A DNA stretch of 64,000 nucleotides, taken from Octopus sinensis (taxonomy: Eukaryota). A program made the position numbers and the translations under genes. Shown here piece after piece: positions 1 through 13,400 of the stretch. The DNA lies in NCBI RefSeq assembly GCF_006345805.1, contig NC_043025.1, forward strand, positions 11,842,001 to 11,906,000, in the 5' to 3' direction. Numbering within the stretch: position 1 is the stretch's first letter; each line of letters opens with the position of its first letter. The notes beneath the pieces were generated by a model. It was not told the origin of the DNA. It did not search any database and saw nothing but the letters and a program-made list of their open reading frames with translations.

Positions 1-627
1 TTAGAATATAAAAACAGATGAAATGACCGCTAAGCATTTTGCCTGGCATGCTGAGTTCAAATCCCACCAAAGTCAACTTTGCCTTTCATCCTTTCAGAGT
101 TGATCAATTAAGTACCAGTCATGTACTAAGGTCAATGTAATCAACTAGTCCTGTCACCCAAAATTTCAGGCCTTGTGCCTCTAGTAGAAAGGATCATCAT
201 CATCAATCACCATCATCAATCACCATCAATCATCAGCATCAATCATTATCGTCAATCATTATTGTCAATCATCATCATCATTAATCATCATCATCAATCA
301 TCATCATTCATTATCATTCATCATCATCATCATCATCATCAATCATCATCATCAATCATCATCCATCAATCATCATCATTCACCATCAATCATCTATTAT
401 TATTAAGGCAATGAGCTCAAGATGGCAAACTGGCGGAATCGTTAGCATGCCAGGTAAAAATGTTTAGCAGCATTTCATTAGTCTTTACGTTCTGAGGTCA
501 AATTCTGCCAAGACTGACTTTGCATTTCATCCTTTTGATAAAATAAGTACCAGTTATGTACAGGGGTCGATATAAATGACTAGTCTCCTCCCACAAAATT
601 GCAAGCCTTGTAACTATAGTAGAAAGG

Positions 628-666
<39 letters not shown>

Positions 667-1624
667 TTCACTTTAACAAAGACAGAGGTATTGTTTTCAG
701 TCATATTTGTTTGTTTGTTTGTCCGTGGACAAAATATCTCAAGAACCGCTGGATGGTTTCAGATGAAACTTCCAGGGATATTTGACCTCGTGACTGGCAC
801 GATCTGATTAGATTTTGGGATCAATCAGGTACTGGACAAGGATTCTGGATTATTTTTCCTGTTTACTTTAATTAATTTTTGAGAGCAGTCAGGTTCATTT
901 TTAGCATTCTCATTTGTGAGAGCAGTTGAGCTTATTTCAGATATTCTCATTTTAAAAAAATCATCTTTGGGTAATCATTGAGAAGACACTAGTGTTGCCT
1001 TAGCGGAGGTTTGTGCTCTCTGAGTGCTCGTGTCATTATTATTATTATTATTATTATTATTGAGTGAGAGAGCAGTTCATGCCATCAAAGTGACACTGGG
1101 GTAAAATATACGAAGCCCAATATACCCATCATGACTACCCGTCTGATAAGGGTACACCAGGCACATGCATCACAACCATATGTGCGCGACATGGTGATCT
1201 CATATCAAGATAAACAGCACATGACTTTGCAGGTGGGGCCCAGTTAGAATTTTCTTCAGGTTGAGTAGGCCATCCTGCTCAAAAGGTCCCTGAATAAGGC
1301 TTGTTTAAGGATGTTGAACGAAACACCCATGTTTCCAGAAGTGAATTATTCAAACCCCAAAGAATCCCTCTCAACACATGGCTATGATGCTCCCCCACTA
1401 CTTCTGCTCGTGGTCAGAGATGCACATATCGTCAGCCACTAAGGGACATGCTCAACTGGTTACGGTCAAACAACTGACAAGCAAATCTGTGGTATTGAGC
1501 AGAATATTTGCTGTAGCCCATCTTTTATACCAAGACAAAACAATGTACATGATAACACTTCCAATCAGTTAAGATCTGAAGCCACGAGAGCCAATGCCTG
1601 TACTGCATCAGGGCTTTATTATTA

Positions 1625-1860
1625 ATATTATTATTATTATTATTATTCAGTAGTTTTATTTTTACAACGTGCTTTCACTTCACTACCGAGCGCAGCTCTG
1701 TGTGCCTTGGGTACGTGCTGTGATTTGTTGTGATGCTCTGATGGTTATTGTATGGAAAGTGTTCTGCGTAGGATGTGTGCAGTGCCTAGTAGTGCAATTT
1801 TCTGTATGTTATATGTGTTTGTAAGTCCTGGTGTTTTTGTTATGTATTTGTCTGAATATT
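1625..1860 (-). mobile_element. 3' end of an R4/Dong-like non-LTR retrotransposon within a (TAA)n tract
   Basis: Minus frame ends TPGLTNTYNIQKIALLGTAHILRRTLSIQ*, resembling the R4/Dong C-terminus; (TAA)n on both sides. Confidence 0.6.
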
Positions 1861-1909
1861 TTATTATTATTATTATTATTATTACTATTTGTTTATTTAC
1901 ATTTTTCAG

Positions 1910-1996
1910 ATTGCAAACGTCCTGTATCTGGAGGCCCCAGCAGGAGTTGGTTTCTCTTATAAAGATGACAAGAATTACACCACAGATGATGACTTG
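1910..1996 (+). CDS. CTSA: Cathepsin A-like serine carboxypeptidase (S10), first coding exon inside the window; upstream exons lie outside
   Basis: ttttcag acceptor and gt donor; [29 protein letters not shown] closely matches the [17 protein letters not shown] segment of CTSA as I recall it; phase 0-0. Confidence 0.93.
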
Positions 1997-2901
1997 GTTT
2001 GTACATTTGTAATATTGACTCTGTGTGTGTGTGTGCAAATTGTTTGCTTTATGTGTGTGTTTGTGATTGTATTATGATAATAAAGAATTTAGTGAAATAC
2101 TTCTTTACTACCCACAAGGGGCTAAACACAGAGGGGACAAACAAGGACAGACATAGGTATTAAGTCGATTATATCGACCCCAGTGCGTAACTGGTACTTA
2201 ATTAAGCTGGTGTTTTGAACATGAATGAACATGAAATTTTGAGGAACGTTTCAAATTAGACCACTTTTAATCAGGAAGTTTGTTGCCATAGAGCCAGGTG
2301 GGAGAGGCTCAGGTGAGTTGGTATGATAAGGCGGCGAGCGGGCAGAAATGTTAGCACGCTGGGCGAAATGCTTATCGGTATTTCGTCTGCCGTTAGGTTC
2401 TGAGTTCAAATTCCGCCGAGGTCGACTTTGCCTTTCTTCCTTTCGGGGTCGATAAATTAAGTACCAGTGAAATATTGGGGTCGATGTAATCGACTTAATC
2501 CCTTTGTCTGTCCTTGTTTGTCTTCTCTGTGTTTAGCCCCTTGTGGGTAGTAAAGAAATAGGTATTTCATCTGCTGCTACGTTCTGAGTTCAAATCCTGC
2601 CGAGGTCGACTTTGCCTTTCATCCTTTCGGGGTTGATTAAATAAGTACCAGCTACACACTGGGGTCGATATAATCGACTTAATCCCTTTGTCTGTCTTTG
2701 TTTGTCCTCTCTGTGTTTAGCCCCTTGTGGGTAGTAAAGAAATTGGTATTTCATCTGCCGCTACGTTCTGAGTTCAAATTCTGCTGAGGTCGACTTTGCC
2801 TTTCACCCCAAACAAAACCAGCTTGGTACACTTGTGTAGAGTTTTAAAATCCATTCTCAGTGATTCTTTGCTCTTACTTCTCCAGTCTCTGTTATTTGCA
2901 G

Positions 2902-3057
2902 ACTTCTCTGAACAATCTTGCTGCCATCAAAAGTTTCTTCAAGAAATTCCCAGAGTATAACGGTCGGGAGTTTTTCGTCACAGGTGAAAGCTATGGTGGT
3001 ATCTATGTCCCTACGCTCTCTGAACGTCTTCTTGGTGAGCCCAGCATCAACTTCCAG
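2902..3057 (+). CDS. CTSA: CTSA-like exon with the catalytic serine motif
   Basis: ttgcag/gtgagt; TSLNNLAAIKSFFKKFPEYNGREFFVTGESYGGIYVPTL... contains the S10 nucleophile motif GESYGG; phase 0-0. Confidence 0.95.
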
Positions 3058-3989
3058 GTGAGTACTTTGTTACCATTGTACTGGGTCAACCCATATATAA
3101 TCTGTTTTTTTTTCATACTTCTTTTACCATCATCCTCATTTAACGTCCGTTTTTCATACTAGCATGGGTTGGATGGTTTTGACTGAGGGCTTTTGCAATA
3201 AGGTGGCAAGCTGGCAGAATTGTTAGCACTCTGGGCGAAATGCTTAGCGGTATTTCGTCTGCCGAGGTCGACTTTACCTTTCATCCTTTCGCGGTCGATA
3301 AATAAAGTACCAGTTGCGCACTGGGGTCGATGTAATCGACTTAATCTGTTTGTCTGTCCTTGTTTGTCCTCTCTGTGTTTAGCCCCTTGTGGGTAGTTAA
3401 GAAATAGGTTTTGACTGAGGGCTGGCAACCAGATGGCTGCACCAGGCTCCAGTCTTGATCTGGCAGAGTTTCTACAGCTGGATCAAGACATGAGCCTGGT
3501 GCAGCCATCTGGTTGCCACCCCTCAGTCAAAACCGTCCAACCCATGCTAGCATGGAAAACGGACGTTAAATGATGATGATGATGATGATTATAGAAGTAT
3601 GAAAGAAAAACCCAGATTATATATTTTATTTTTCAAAATTAAGATAAACAAAGTTCTTTTTTAATCTAAGATATACTCTCCTTCATTTTCTACAATGCTC
3701 TTCCATCTACCTGGTAGAATTGCAAGGCCCTTCTTACAAAAGTCACTTGTCCATGATGAAAAATACTCCTTCAGTACTGTTCTGACCTGTTCTAGAGAAT
3801 TCATATTTTTTCCTCCAAATGATTTTGAAGACTATGGAATACATGATAACCAGATGGGGTAATGTCTGGAGAATATGGTGGGGGGAGTATCGTTTCCCAT
3901 TCAAACTGATCCAGCGTTTGGAATGTCATCCTTGCTGTATGTGGCTCTGTTTAGCCCCTTGGGGGTAATAAAGAAACAAATTATTATTA

Positions 3990-4545
3990 TTATTATTATT
4001 GAGTGAGGGAGCAGTTCATGCCATCAAAGTGACACTGGGGTAAAATATACGAAGCCCAATATACCCATCATGACTACCCGTCTGATAAGGGTACACCAGG
4101 CACATGCTTCACAACCATATCTGCGCGACATGGTGATCCCATATCAAGATAAACAGCGCATGACCTTGCAGGTGGAGCCCAGTTAGGATTTTCTTCTGGT
4201 CGAGTAACCCATCCCGCTCAAAAGGTCCCTGAATAAGGGTTGTTTAAGGATGTTGAACGAAACACCCATGTTTCCAGAGGTGAATTATTCAAACCCCAAA
4301 GAATCCCTCTCAACACATGGCTATGATGCTCCCCCACTACTTCTGCTCGTGATCAGAGATGTACATATCGTCAGCCACTAAGGGACATGCTTAACTGGTT
4401 AAGGTCAAACAACTGACAAGCAAATCTGTGGTATTGAGCAGAATATTTGCTGTAGGCCATCTTTTATACCAAGACAAAACAATGTACATGATAACACTTC
4501 CAATCAGTTAAGATCAGAAGCCACGAGAGCCACTGCCTGGTACTT
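3990..4545 (-). mobile_element. About 560-bp interspersed repeat with (AAT)n tail
   Basis: Near-identical copy at about 1060-1615, both within TAA tracts. Confidence 0.7.
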
Positions 4546-4851
4546 TATTATTATTATTATCATCGTCATCGTCATCATCATCGTCATCATCATCATCGTC
4601 ATCATCGTCATCACCATCGTCATCACCATCACCATCATCATCACCATCATCACCATCATCATCATCATCATCATCACCATCATCATCACCATCATCATCA
4701 TCACCATCATCACCATCATCATCATCATGATAATTGTTGTTATTATTATTATTATCATTGTTATTGTTATTATTATCATTGTTATTGTTATTATTATTAT
4801 CATTGTTATTGTTATTATTATTATCATTGTTATTATTATTATCATTGTTAT

Positions 4852-4884
<33 letters not shown>

Positions 4885-4895
4885 TTCATTTACAG

Positions 4896-4987
4896 GGTTT
4901 TGCTGTTGGCAATGGAATGAGTGATTACAGAATCAACGCTGCTTCAATTTTGTATTTCGGATATTACCACGGCCTTTATGGCTCAAA
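4896..4987 (+). CDS. CTSA: CTSA-like exon
   Basis: ttacag/gtaagt; GFAVGNGMSDYRINAASILYFGYYHGLYGS (AVGNG and YYHG motifs); phase 0-2. Confidence 0.93.
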
Positions 4988-5064
4988 GTAAGTGGACTCT
5001 CTAAGACTGTAGCCATTTATAGGGCAGTATTTAGTTACGTTACGCACCTATACCATATATTCAT

Positions 5065-6480
5065 CATCATCATCATTTAGCGTCCGTTCTCCATGCTAGC
5101 ATGGGTTGGACGGTTCGACCAGGGATCTGGGAAGCCAGAAGGCTGCACCAGGCTCCAGTCTGATCTGGCAGTGTTTCTACAGCTGGATGCCCTTCCTAAC
5201 GCCAACCACTCCGAGAGTGTAGTGGGTGCTTTTTACGTGCCACCTGCACAGGTGCCAGGCGAGGCTGGCAACGACCACGGTCGGATTGGTGTATTTTACG
5301 TGCCACCTGCACAGGTGCCAGGCGAGGCTGGCAACGGCCACGGTCGGATTGGTGTATTTTACGTGCCACCGGCACGGAAGCCAGTCGAGGCGGCGCTGGC
5401 ATCGGCCACGAGTCGGATAGTGCTTTTTATGTGCCACCTGTACAGGTGCCAGGTGAGGCTGGCAACGACCACGGTCGGATTGGTGTATTTTACGTGCCAC
5501 CTGCACAGGTGCCAGGCGAGGCTGGCAACGGCCACGGTCGGATTGTGTATTTTACGTGCCACCTGCACAGGTGCCAGGCGAGGCTGGCAACGGCCACGGT
5601 CGGATTGGTGTATTTTACGTGCCACCGGCACGGAAGCCAGTCGAGGCGGCGCTGGCATCGGCCACGAGTCGGATAGTGCTTTTTATGTGCCACCTGTACA
5701 GGTGCCAGGTGAGGCTGGCAACGACCACGGTCGGATTGGTGTATTTTACGTGCCACCTGCACAGGTGCCAGGCGAGGCTGGCAACGGCCACGGTCGGATT
5801 GGTGTATTTTACGTGCCACCGGCACGGGAGCCAGTCGAGGCCGCGCTGGCATCGGCCACGAGTCGGATAGTGCTTTTTACGTGCCACCTGTACAGGTGCC
5901 AGGCGAGGCTGGCAGCGACCACGGTCGGATTGGTGTATTTTACGTGCCACCTGCACAGGTGCCAGGCGAGGCTGGCAATGACCACGGTCGGATTGGTGTA
6001 TTTTACGTGCCACCTGCACAGGTGCCAGGTGAGGCTGGCAACGGCCACGGTCGGATTGGTGTATTTTACGTGCCACCTGCACAGGTGCCAGGTGAGGCTG
6101 GCAACGGCCACGGTCGGATTGGTGTATTTTACGTGCCACCTGCACAGGTGCCAGGTGAGGCTGGCAACGACCACGGTCGGATTGGTGCACTTTACGTGCC
6201 ACCTGCACAGGTGCCAGGCGAGGCTGGCAACGACCACGGTCAGATTGGTGTATTTTATGTGCCACCTGCACAGGTGCCAGGCGAGGTGGCGCTGGCATCG
6301 GCCACGAGTCGGATAGTGCTTTTTACGTGCCACCTGTACAGGTGCCAGGCGAGGCTGGCAGCGACCACGGTCGGATTGGTGTATTTTACGTGCCACCTGC
6401 ACAGGTGCCAGGCGAGGCGGTGCTGGCATCGGCCACGAGTCGGATGGTGCTTTTTACGTACCACCAGACCAGGGGTCCTG
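5065..6480 (-). mobile_element. (GAT)n-tailed SINE-like element with a large internal 63-bp tandem expansion
   Basis: About 20 units of gtgccacc-containing 63-65 bp repeats; family members with fewer units at about 6700-7430, 10285-10690, 15645-16345, 17911-18255, 27980-28465, 41040-41397, 63075-63410. Confidence 0.75.
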
Positions 6481-7929
6481 GCTGGTTCAATTCAATTTCA
6501 ATTATTACCATAATTTGGTCGAGAGCAGGAAGATAATTTGTTTACAAAAGTGACAACAACAACAACAACAACACTGCCCATAGCTAACAGTTTTCGTTGT
6601 GCAGAACTGTAAAGAAACCCATACACATGTACACACACATACACACAATATGTCCAACTGGCATCGTCCAGTTTTTGTCGACCAAATCCATTCTCAAGGC
6701 TCTGTGCCGGTGGCACATAAAAAGAACTATCCAAACGTGGCCGATGCCAGCGCTGCCCCAACTGGCTTCTGTGCCGGTGGCACATAAAAAGCACCATCCG
6801 AACGTGGCCGTTGCCAGCGCCGCCTTGGCTGGCTTCCGTGCCGGTGGCACATAAAAATCACCATCTGAACGTGGCCAATGCCAGCGCTGCCCCGACTGGC
6901 TTCTGTGCCGGTGGCACATAAAAAGCACCATCCGAACGTGGCTGTTGCCAGCTCCGCCCCGACTGGCTTCTGTGCCGGTGGCACATAAAAAGCACCATCT
7001 GAACGTGGCCGATGCCAGCGCTGCCCCGACTGGCTTCTGTGCCGGTGGCACATAACAAGCACCATCCGAATGTGGCCGATGCCAGCGCTGCCCCGACTGG
7101 CTTCTGTGCCGGTGGCACATAAAAAGCACCATCCGAACGTGGCCGTTGCCAGCTCCGCCTTAGCTGGCTTCCGTGCCGGTGGCATGTTAAAAGCTCCAAC
7201 TGATCGTAGCCGATGCCGGACCCCCCCTGGCACCTGTGCAGGTGGCACGTAAAAAGCATCCACTACACTCGCGGAGTGGTTGGCATTAGGATGGGCATCC
7301 AGCTGTAGAAACTCTGCCAGATTTGACTGGAGCCTGGTGCAGCCCCTGGATTCCCAGACTCCGGTCGAACCGTCCAACCCATGCTAGCGCGGAAAACGGA
7401 CGTTAAACGATGATGATGATGATGATGATTCAAAGCCACCATTGCCCCTCTATACACTATAGTGTCGCCTCTCTCTTATTTGTTTCAGTCATTTGACTGT
7501 GGCCATGCTGGAGCACCGCCTTTTTTAGTCAAGCAAATCGACCCCAGGACTTATTGTTTTTTGTAAGCCTAGTACTTATTCTATCAGCCTCTCTTTTGCC
7601 AAACCGCTATGTTATGGGGCAGTAAACACACCAGCATCGGTTGTCAAGCGATGTTGGGGGGAACAAACACAGATACACAAATGTACACACACATACATAC
7701 ATATATATATATATAGGTGGCACGTAAAAAGCACCCACTACACTCACGGAGTGGTTGGCGTTAGGAAGGGCATCCAGCTGTAGAAACATTGCCAGATAAG
7801 ACTGGAGCCTGGTGCAGCCTTCTGGCTTCCCAGATCCCCGGTCGAACCGTCCAACCCATGCTAGCATGGAGAACGGACGTTAAACGATGATGATGATGAT
7901 GATACACACACACACACTCACACATGTGC

Positions 7930-9137
7930 ACATACACACAATTACTGTCCAAATCTCCGACCAATCACATACAGCTAGATGGCATTCAATTGGCGTATCA
8001 AGTTTCGGGCATTTTGATTGGGTTTTGGATAGAAAATTCCACAAAAAAGTCACTTCTATTGATTTGTTTTAATGGCTTTGCGGGGTGACTGGGGAAATGT
8101 AAAGATGTGCACGACCATCCTATGATGGTTTTGAATGACCATAGAAAGTGCGAGCCCTCTAACTGAAAAATTGTGGATTTGTATAAAGGACATGCACACA
8201 CACACACACATTTTGCTGTTTATATACATATTTAATGGCTTTGTGGGGTGACTGGGGAAATGTAAAGATGTGCACAACCACCCTATGATGGTTTTGAATG
8301 ACCATAGAAAGTGCGAGCCCTCTAACTGAAAAATTGTGGATTTGTATAAAGGACATGCACACACACACACACATTTTGCTGTTTATATACATATTTAATG
8401 GCTTTGTGGGGTGACTGGGGAAATGTAAAGATGTGCATGACTACCCTTGGAAGGTTTTGAATGACCATAGAAAGTGCGAGCCCTCTAACTGAAAAATTGT
8501 GGATTTGTATAAAGGACATGCACACACACACACACATTTTGCTGTTTATATACATATTTAATGGCTTTGTGGGGTGACTGGGGAAATGTAAAGATGTGCA
8601 CGACCACCCTTGGACGGTTTTGAATGACCATAGAAAGTGTGAGCCCTCTAACTATAAATTTGTGGATTTATTATTATTATCATCATTATAATTATTATTA
8701 TTATTATTATCATCATTATAATTATTATTATTATTATCATCATTATAATTATTATTATTATTATCATCATTATAATTATTATTATTATTATTATCATCAT
8801 TATAATTATTATTATTATTATCATCATTATAATTATTATTATTATTATCATCATTATTATTATTATTATCATCATTATAATTATTATTATTATTATTATT
8901 ATCATCATTATAATTACACACACACACACACACACACACAGACATTTTGCCGTTTATATATTTAATGGCTTTGAGGGGTGACTGGGGAAATGTAAAGATG
9001 TGCACGACCACCCTTGGACGGTTTTGAATGACCATAAAAAGTGCGAGCCCTCTAACTGAAAAATTGCGGATTTGTATAAAGGACACACACATACACACAC
9101 ACACACACAGACATTTTGCCGTTTATATATATAGAGA
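7930..9137 (-). mobile_element. Helitron-like element with internal 163-bp tandem repeats
   Basis: Minus 5' end TCTCTATATATATAAACGGC at 9137; about 5-6 copies of a 163-bp unit, one interrupted by a TAT/CAT expansion; related pieces with hairpin+CTAG ends at about 48046-48255, 48955-49185, 49697-49925. Confidence 0.6.
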
Positions 9138-9288
9138 TATCATTTTAAAGATAAGCAATCGCATTGTCAAAATCTCGAAGGTACATGGTCCCCTGCGTGA
9201 TTCATTCAGAATAGTGTGAATAAATAAACATTACATTTGACAAAGTATTCTGAACGCTAAAAAGTTAAACTGTGTCTGTCCTCCACAG

Positions 9289-9379
9289 GCTCTACGCGAA
9301 CCTTCTGTCGTCTTGCTGCGGATCCAACACCACTGTTTGTTACATTTCCAAAACTCCAAGCGCTCAATGTGGTTTCTAT
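9289..9379 (+). CDS. CTSA: CTSA-like exon
   Basis: ccacag/gtaagt; (K)LYANLLSSCCGSNTTVCYISKTPSAQCGFY with the conserved CC-x-C-x-C pattern; phase 2-0 fits neighbours. Confidence 0.88.
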
Positions 9380-9489
9380 GTAAGTTACTTTTCTCACATT
9401 TCCTTCATATATGCCTGTCTGTTTGTCTCTGTTTGTCTTTGTTGTTATCTTTCAACCATCCAGCCATCAAGCGTTTCAAGCAAACCAGC

Positions 9490-9945
9490 ATCCATCCAAC
9501 CATGGCTACCTGCATGGTTCATGGTCTCAAAAATTTGTCCTATGAAGAAAAGCTGAGGACGCTCGACCTTTATTCTCTAGAAAAACGCCGCCGCCATGGT
9601 GATCTCATTCTCGCCCACAACATCATAAGCGGAAAGTGTAACTTCTCGAAAGAGCTGTTCTTCACTCCTGCTCCAGAGCGTCGGCTGCGAGGTCATTCCA
9701 AAAAGCTCTATCTGCCACGATTTCATCTCAATCGAAGGAGAGGGGCTTTCTCCGTCCGGGTTGCGGATCCGTGGGATAAGCTGCCGGACGAGATGGTGAA
9801 GATGCCGACGACCACTCAGTTCAAAGTCTCCCTTGACCACAAGTGGCCTGAACTCTTTACATGAACACAACCCTGTACATAACTCCATGTCCCCCTACAT
9901 GGCCTTGCTTTTTGCTTTTTGAGCCAAATTAACTAACTAACTAAC
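9490..9945 (+). mobile_element. 5'-truncated CR1-clade LINE fragment (ORF2 C-terminus, 3' UTR, AACT tail)
   Basis: LSYEEKLRTLDLYSLEKRRRHGDLI...RGHSKKL...FSVRVADPWDKLP...FKVSLD is the CR1-type post-RT domain; a reverse copy of the 3' UTR lies at about 22250-22340. Confidence 0.85.
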
Positions 9946-10953
9946 CATCAACTGTTATTTATTCGCATATAAAACCATTTAGTCATTCATCAACTCTAAC
10001 CATTCATCTATCTAATCATCCAACCATTGAACAAGCATTCATTCATCGAAGACAGATATACCATTCACGCATCTATCTAACCCCCACAACCATCAATTCG
10101 TCATACCATCAATGATTAACCATTCATTAATCAATGTTTTCTAACCATTGATACCATCTAACTATTAAGTCAACCATCCATCTCTTCATCCATTTGTCAG
10201 TGTTACCATCCATCCATCCATCCACATGATTGATACCAACCATCCATCCATTCATCAATCACTCACAAACTATTGAACTTTCATCATCATTTAGTGTCCG
10301 TTTTCCATGCTACCATGGGTTGGACGGTTTAACTGGGGTCTGTGAAGCCAGAAGGCTGCACCAGGCCCAGTCTGATCTGGCAGAGTTTCTACAGCTGGAT
10401 GCCCTTCCTAACGCCAACCACTCCATGAGTGTAGTAGGTGCTTTTTACGTGCCACCCGCACAGGTGCCAGACAGAGCTGGCAGACGGCCACGGACAGATG
10501 GTGTTTTTTTATGTGCCACTGGCACGGGGGCCAGGCGAGGCTGGCAACGGCCACGAACGGATGATGCTTTTTACATGCCACCGGCACGAGGCCAGTCTGG
10601 GCAGCGCTGGCAACGCCCACATTCGGATGGTTCTCTTACGTACCACCGGCACTGGTAACTCAGCTGCAATTTCCATTGATCGATTTCGATTCTGATCACT
10701 TCTAACCATTAAATCAGCTAACTAACCAGTCATTCATCAATCACCTGTTCATTCATCTCCCTAACCAAATAAACCACTGACCATCCGGCCCCCCCCCGGT
10801 CAGCTAGCACCCCACCCCCCTGCCCCATCTACCCACCTGTCTATCCCTCTCGCCATCACCCATCCATTCACCCCATTTATCCACCCGTCCATCATACCAC
10901 CAACTAGCTAACTTCTCAACGCTATTTTTTTTCTCTCTCCGTTTTCTCTGTAG

Positions 10954-11109
10954 GCAGGAAAAGCCCTTAATTTGATTTATGCCTCTGATCTCAACATGTA
11001 CAATTTGTATGCTAAATGCGAAAAAACTGAAATACCCGGAGGCTTCCAACAATACCACGACATGGGGAATTCCTTCCGCAATTTCCCACAGTTTATCAAA
11101 GAACGGCAG
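10954..11109 (+). CDS. CTSA: CTSA-like exon
   Basis: ctgtag/gtaata; AGKALNLIYASDLNMYNLYAKCEK...KERQ with the LNxYNLYAxC motif; phase 0-0. Confidence 0.92.
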
Positions 11110-11645
11110 GTAATATGGTACCCCTTTGACTCTTTCTTATTTCTTTATTGCCCTCAAGGGGCTAAACATAGAGGGGACAAACAAGGACAGACAAAGGGAT
11201 TAAGTCGATTACATTGACTCCAGTACAGGTAATATGGTACCTCTTTGACTCTTTCTTATTTCTTTATTGCCCTCAAGGGGCTAAACATAGAGGGGACAAA
11301 CAAGGACAGACAAAGGGATTAAGTCGATTACATCGACCCCAGTGTAGGTAATATGGTACCCCTTTGACTCTTTCTTATTTCTTTATTGCCCTCAAGGGGC
11401 TAAACATAGAGGGGACAAACAAGGACAGACAAAGGGATTAAGTCGATTACATCGACCCCAGTGTAGGTAATATGGTACCTCTTTGACACTTTCTTATTTC
11501 TTTATTGCCCTCAAGGGGCTAAACATAGAGGGGACAAACAAGGACAGACAAAGGGATTAAGTCGATTACATCGACCCCAGTGTAGGTAATATGGTACCTC
11601 TTTGACACTTTCTTATTTCTTTATTGCCCTCAAGGGGCTAAACAC
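11110..11645 (+). repeat. 119-bp tandem repeat that includes the CTSA splice donor
   Basis: gtaatatggtac starts at 11110, 11229, 11348, 11467, 11586. Confidence 0.95.
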
Positions 11646-12590
11646 AGATGAGACAAACAAACGGATTAAGTCGATTATATCGACCCCAGTGTGTAACTGG
11701 TACTTAATTTATTGACCCCGAAATGATGAAAGGCAAAGTCGACCTTGGCGGAATTTGAACTCAGAACGTAGTGGCAGACGAAATACCTATTTCTTTACTA
11801 CCCACAAGGGGCTAAACATAGAGGGGACAAACAAGGATAGACAAAGGGATTAAGTCGATTACATTGACTCCAGTGCAAAACTGGTTCTTAATTCCGTTTC
11901 TCGCCGAGTGTTTTCCATACACCTAGGGCAGAGAAGCTCGTTGTATGCATTCCCAGATTACACACGCAAATTCACAGGTAAAATATGTATTTAAAAAAAT
12001 TTATAAATAAATAAATTCATGGATGGATGTTGTTTTCACAGCGATAATGCTCATCTCAGTACATGAGCCGTTCCAGTTAATACGATTTTTTGCACTTCCT
12101 GTAGGGATGGTAAGCCTGGAATCATTTTCAAATAGGTTTCAGTACCTTTTTTTTATCATTCCTAGAGATCCCACAATCACTGGTACTGTAGTCGCCCTGA
12201 GATGCCACATTTTTTCAATTTCCCTTAGCAAGTCCTTATATTTACTTATTATTATTATTATAATTTTTATTAAGGCAGCGAACTGGCAGAGTCATTAGCA
12301 CACCGGGCGAAATACTTAGTGGTATTTCGTCGGCCGTTACGTTCTGAGTTCAAATTCCGCCGAGGTCGACTTTGCCTTTTATGCTTTCGGGGTCGATAAA
12401 TTAAGTACCAGTTACGCACTGGGGTCGATATAATCGACTTAATACCTATGTCTGTCCTTGTTTGTCCCCTCTGTGTTTAGCCCCTTGTGGGTAGTAAAGA
12501 AGCAAATTATTATTATTAATTTTATTATTATTATTACAAGATCCTTATTGCGTTAGATATTAACATTATTATTATTGTTTCTCTTCTCAG

Positions 12591-12733
12591 GAACTGCGTA
12601 TGAAGGACCCAAAAAGCCTGAAACTTGTGCCCCCTTGCATTAATGGTACTGCCAGTTTGGTCTACTTCAGTCGTGCTGATGTCCGCAAAGCTTTGAATAT
12701 TCCAACAAGTGTAGCAAGCTGGGACCTTTGCAG
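12591..12733 (+). CDS. CTSA: CTSA-like exon
   Basis: tctcag/gtaatt; ELRMKDPKSLKLVPPCINGTASLVYFSRADVRKALNIPTSVASWDLC (PPC, VRKALNIP, WDxC); phase 0-2. Confidence 0.93.
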
Positions 12734-12834
12734 GTAATTCGTTGGACCGTGTCTTTCAGCATGTGTCTACTTAAAGAACAAACTGGAGTTGAACAACAAC
12801 AATAACAATAACAGTGGAGCGCAATGGCCCAGTG

Positions 12835-13053
12835 CAGTGCTTTTCAAACTTTTTGCTGGAGTGGAACCCCAAGGAAACATTCCACTGGCCCGAGGAACCC
12901 CCGTGCAATAATTTAATAGACTTATGCACACATATCTGCACAGGAGAATTAAAAATTACTGCCGATTTTGGCAGTTTTGTAACTTCTTGCGGAACCCCTG
13001 CACTGTACTGGCGAAACCCTAAGGTTACGCGGAACCCTGGTTGAAAACCACTG
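12835..13053. mobile_element. hAT-type MITE with 8-bp TSD, inserted into a tRNA-derived SINE head
   Basis: TIRs CAGTGCTTTTCAA / TTGAAAACCACTG; GCCCAGTG duplicated at 12827-12834 and 13054-13061. Confidence 0.85.
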
Positions 13054-13400
13054 GCCCAGTGGTTAAGGCAGCGGACTCGCGGTTGGAGGATCGCGGTTGT
13101 ACTCTTTCACTCCAACTTTCTCTCTCACGCTTTCTTCCTGTTTCTTGTCCCCGACTTCCTACGCAACCGCTGAGCCCGGATGCACATTCATCCATCCATT
13201 GATGCTCTCGGTGTTGGGAGTTGACCTGCTTTCTCTTCTGCAGGTCTTACAAATAGCAAAGGACCACGTTTCGAACTTTTACCAACTTGCAAGCTCTGGG
13301 ACAAAGACCGTTCACTCAACAGCAGTGGATGCACAATGGCCCAGTGCTTAGGGCAGCGGACTTATGATTGGAGGATTGCGGTTTTGATTCCCAGACCGGG

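Noticed and set aside
5093-6513. 407-aa and overlapping ORFs
   Set aside because: Produced by a 63-bp tandem repeat inside a SINE; open in several frames on both strands.
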